From the NCBI GenBank assembly GCA_964187785.1, contig OZ076409.1:310001-374000 (forward strand): a stretch of DNA of 64,000 bases, written 5' to 3'. Shown here one piece after another: positions 63,426 to 64,000 of the stretch. Numbering within the stretch: the stretch's first letter is position 1; every line of letters starts with the position of its first letter. The translations under genes and the position numbers were made by a program. Below the pieces are notes generated by a model. It was given only the letters and a program-made list of their open reading frames with translations, had not been told where the DNA came from and ran no database searches. The stretch comes from Amphiscolops sp. MND2022 (lineage: Eukaryota).

Positions 63426-64000
63426 TTAGAAAATGCAAATTTTAGGAAATTTTTATTGAAATTTAAGTTTTTCCGAAAATTGAGTCTTGAATTAAAATTT
63501 TCGGATTGTTTTTTCGTTTGGAGATTCCCTATGATCTCCCGAATCTACTGAATTGTTTTGATCGCGAATTTGTTTCGAATAAGAAAAAATACACTGCTTT
63601 GTGTCTATAAGCACTGAAGTACATGTATTAAGAAAGTTTTCCAATCAAATCATAGCATCCTCAAGAGATTTGGGGACAAACGATTGACTGAAAATTTGTG
63701 AAAATCATGAAAAAGTGCAAATTTGATTAAATTTTGTCAAAATTTACAATTTCTAACTTATGTAATTTTTGTCGCAGAAATTTCAAACAAACATTTTTGT
63801 AAACTAGATAAAATTCTAAGAAACTTTTGTAGCTGACAATTTTTTGTATTTGTGACAGTTTTCAAGATGTTTGGATTTGAAATTTGCAATTTTAAGCAAT
63901 GGAGGGAGTTGCGATATTTTAGGAAGGTACTGTAGTGAGCACTTGGTTCATGCTCACAGACACTTTCGACCGACGTCTCTGCCAATTTCAGTCATACACA

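Noticed and set aside
1..64000. tRNA, rRNA or other structured RNA genes
   Set aside because: None recognised by eye; a covariance-model scan would be needed to exclude them.

Overview
Repeat-rich, intron-containing invertebrate animal DNA. The repeat style reminds me of acoel genomes such as Symsagittifera, but that is a recollection, not a database result. Two convergent host genes are spread across the window. A TBATA/C4orf17-like gene is on + (exons 10376-10480, 22979-23106, 23198-23279, a tandem-duplicated copy of the last two, and a last exon 33090-33166). The 3' half of an intersectin/Dap160-like gene is on - (8 exons, 62765 down to 38685, four SH3 domains). Their introns hold hAT elements with 8-bp TSDs, solo LTRs, a decayed Gypsy, LINEs, MITEs and two tyrosine-recombinase (YR) elements. 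The most striking feature is 1-10313, the right-hand part of a large CryptonV-like YR transposon. It contains a spliced gene fusing SET methyltransferase, 38-aa repeats, Zn fingers, YR and a Myb-like domain. Immediately upstream on the same strand is a KDM2/KDM7(PHF8)-type JmjC demethylase gene with intact metal ligands. The element ends in a 67-bp GTCCCACC array and abuts a (TG)n tract just before a host splice acceptor. It is a candidate transposon carrying both a histone-methyl writer and an eraser. All calls come from manual reading; no searches were run.
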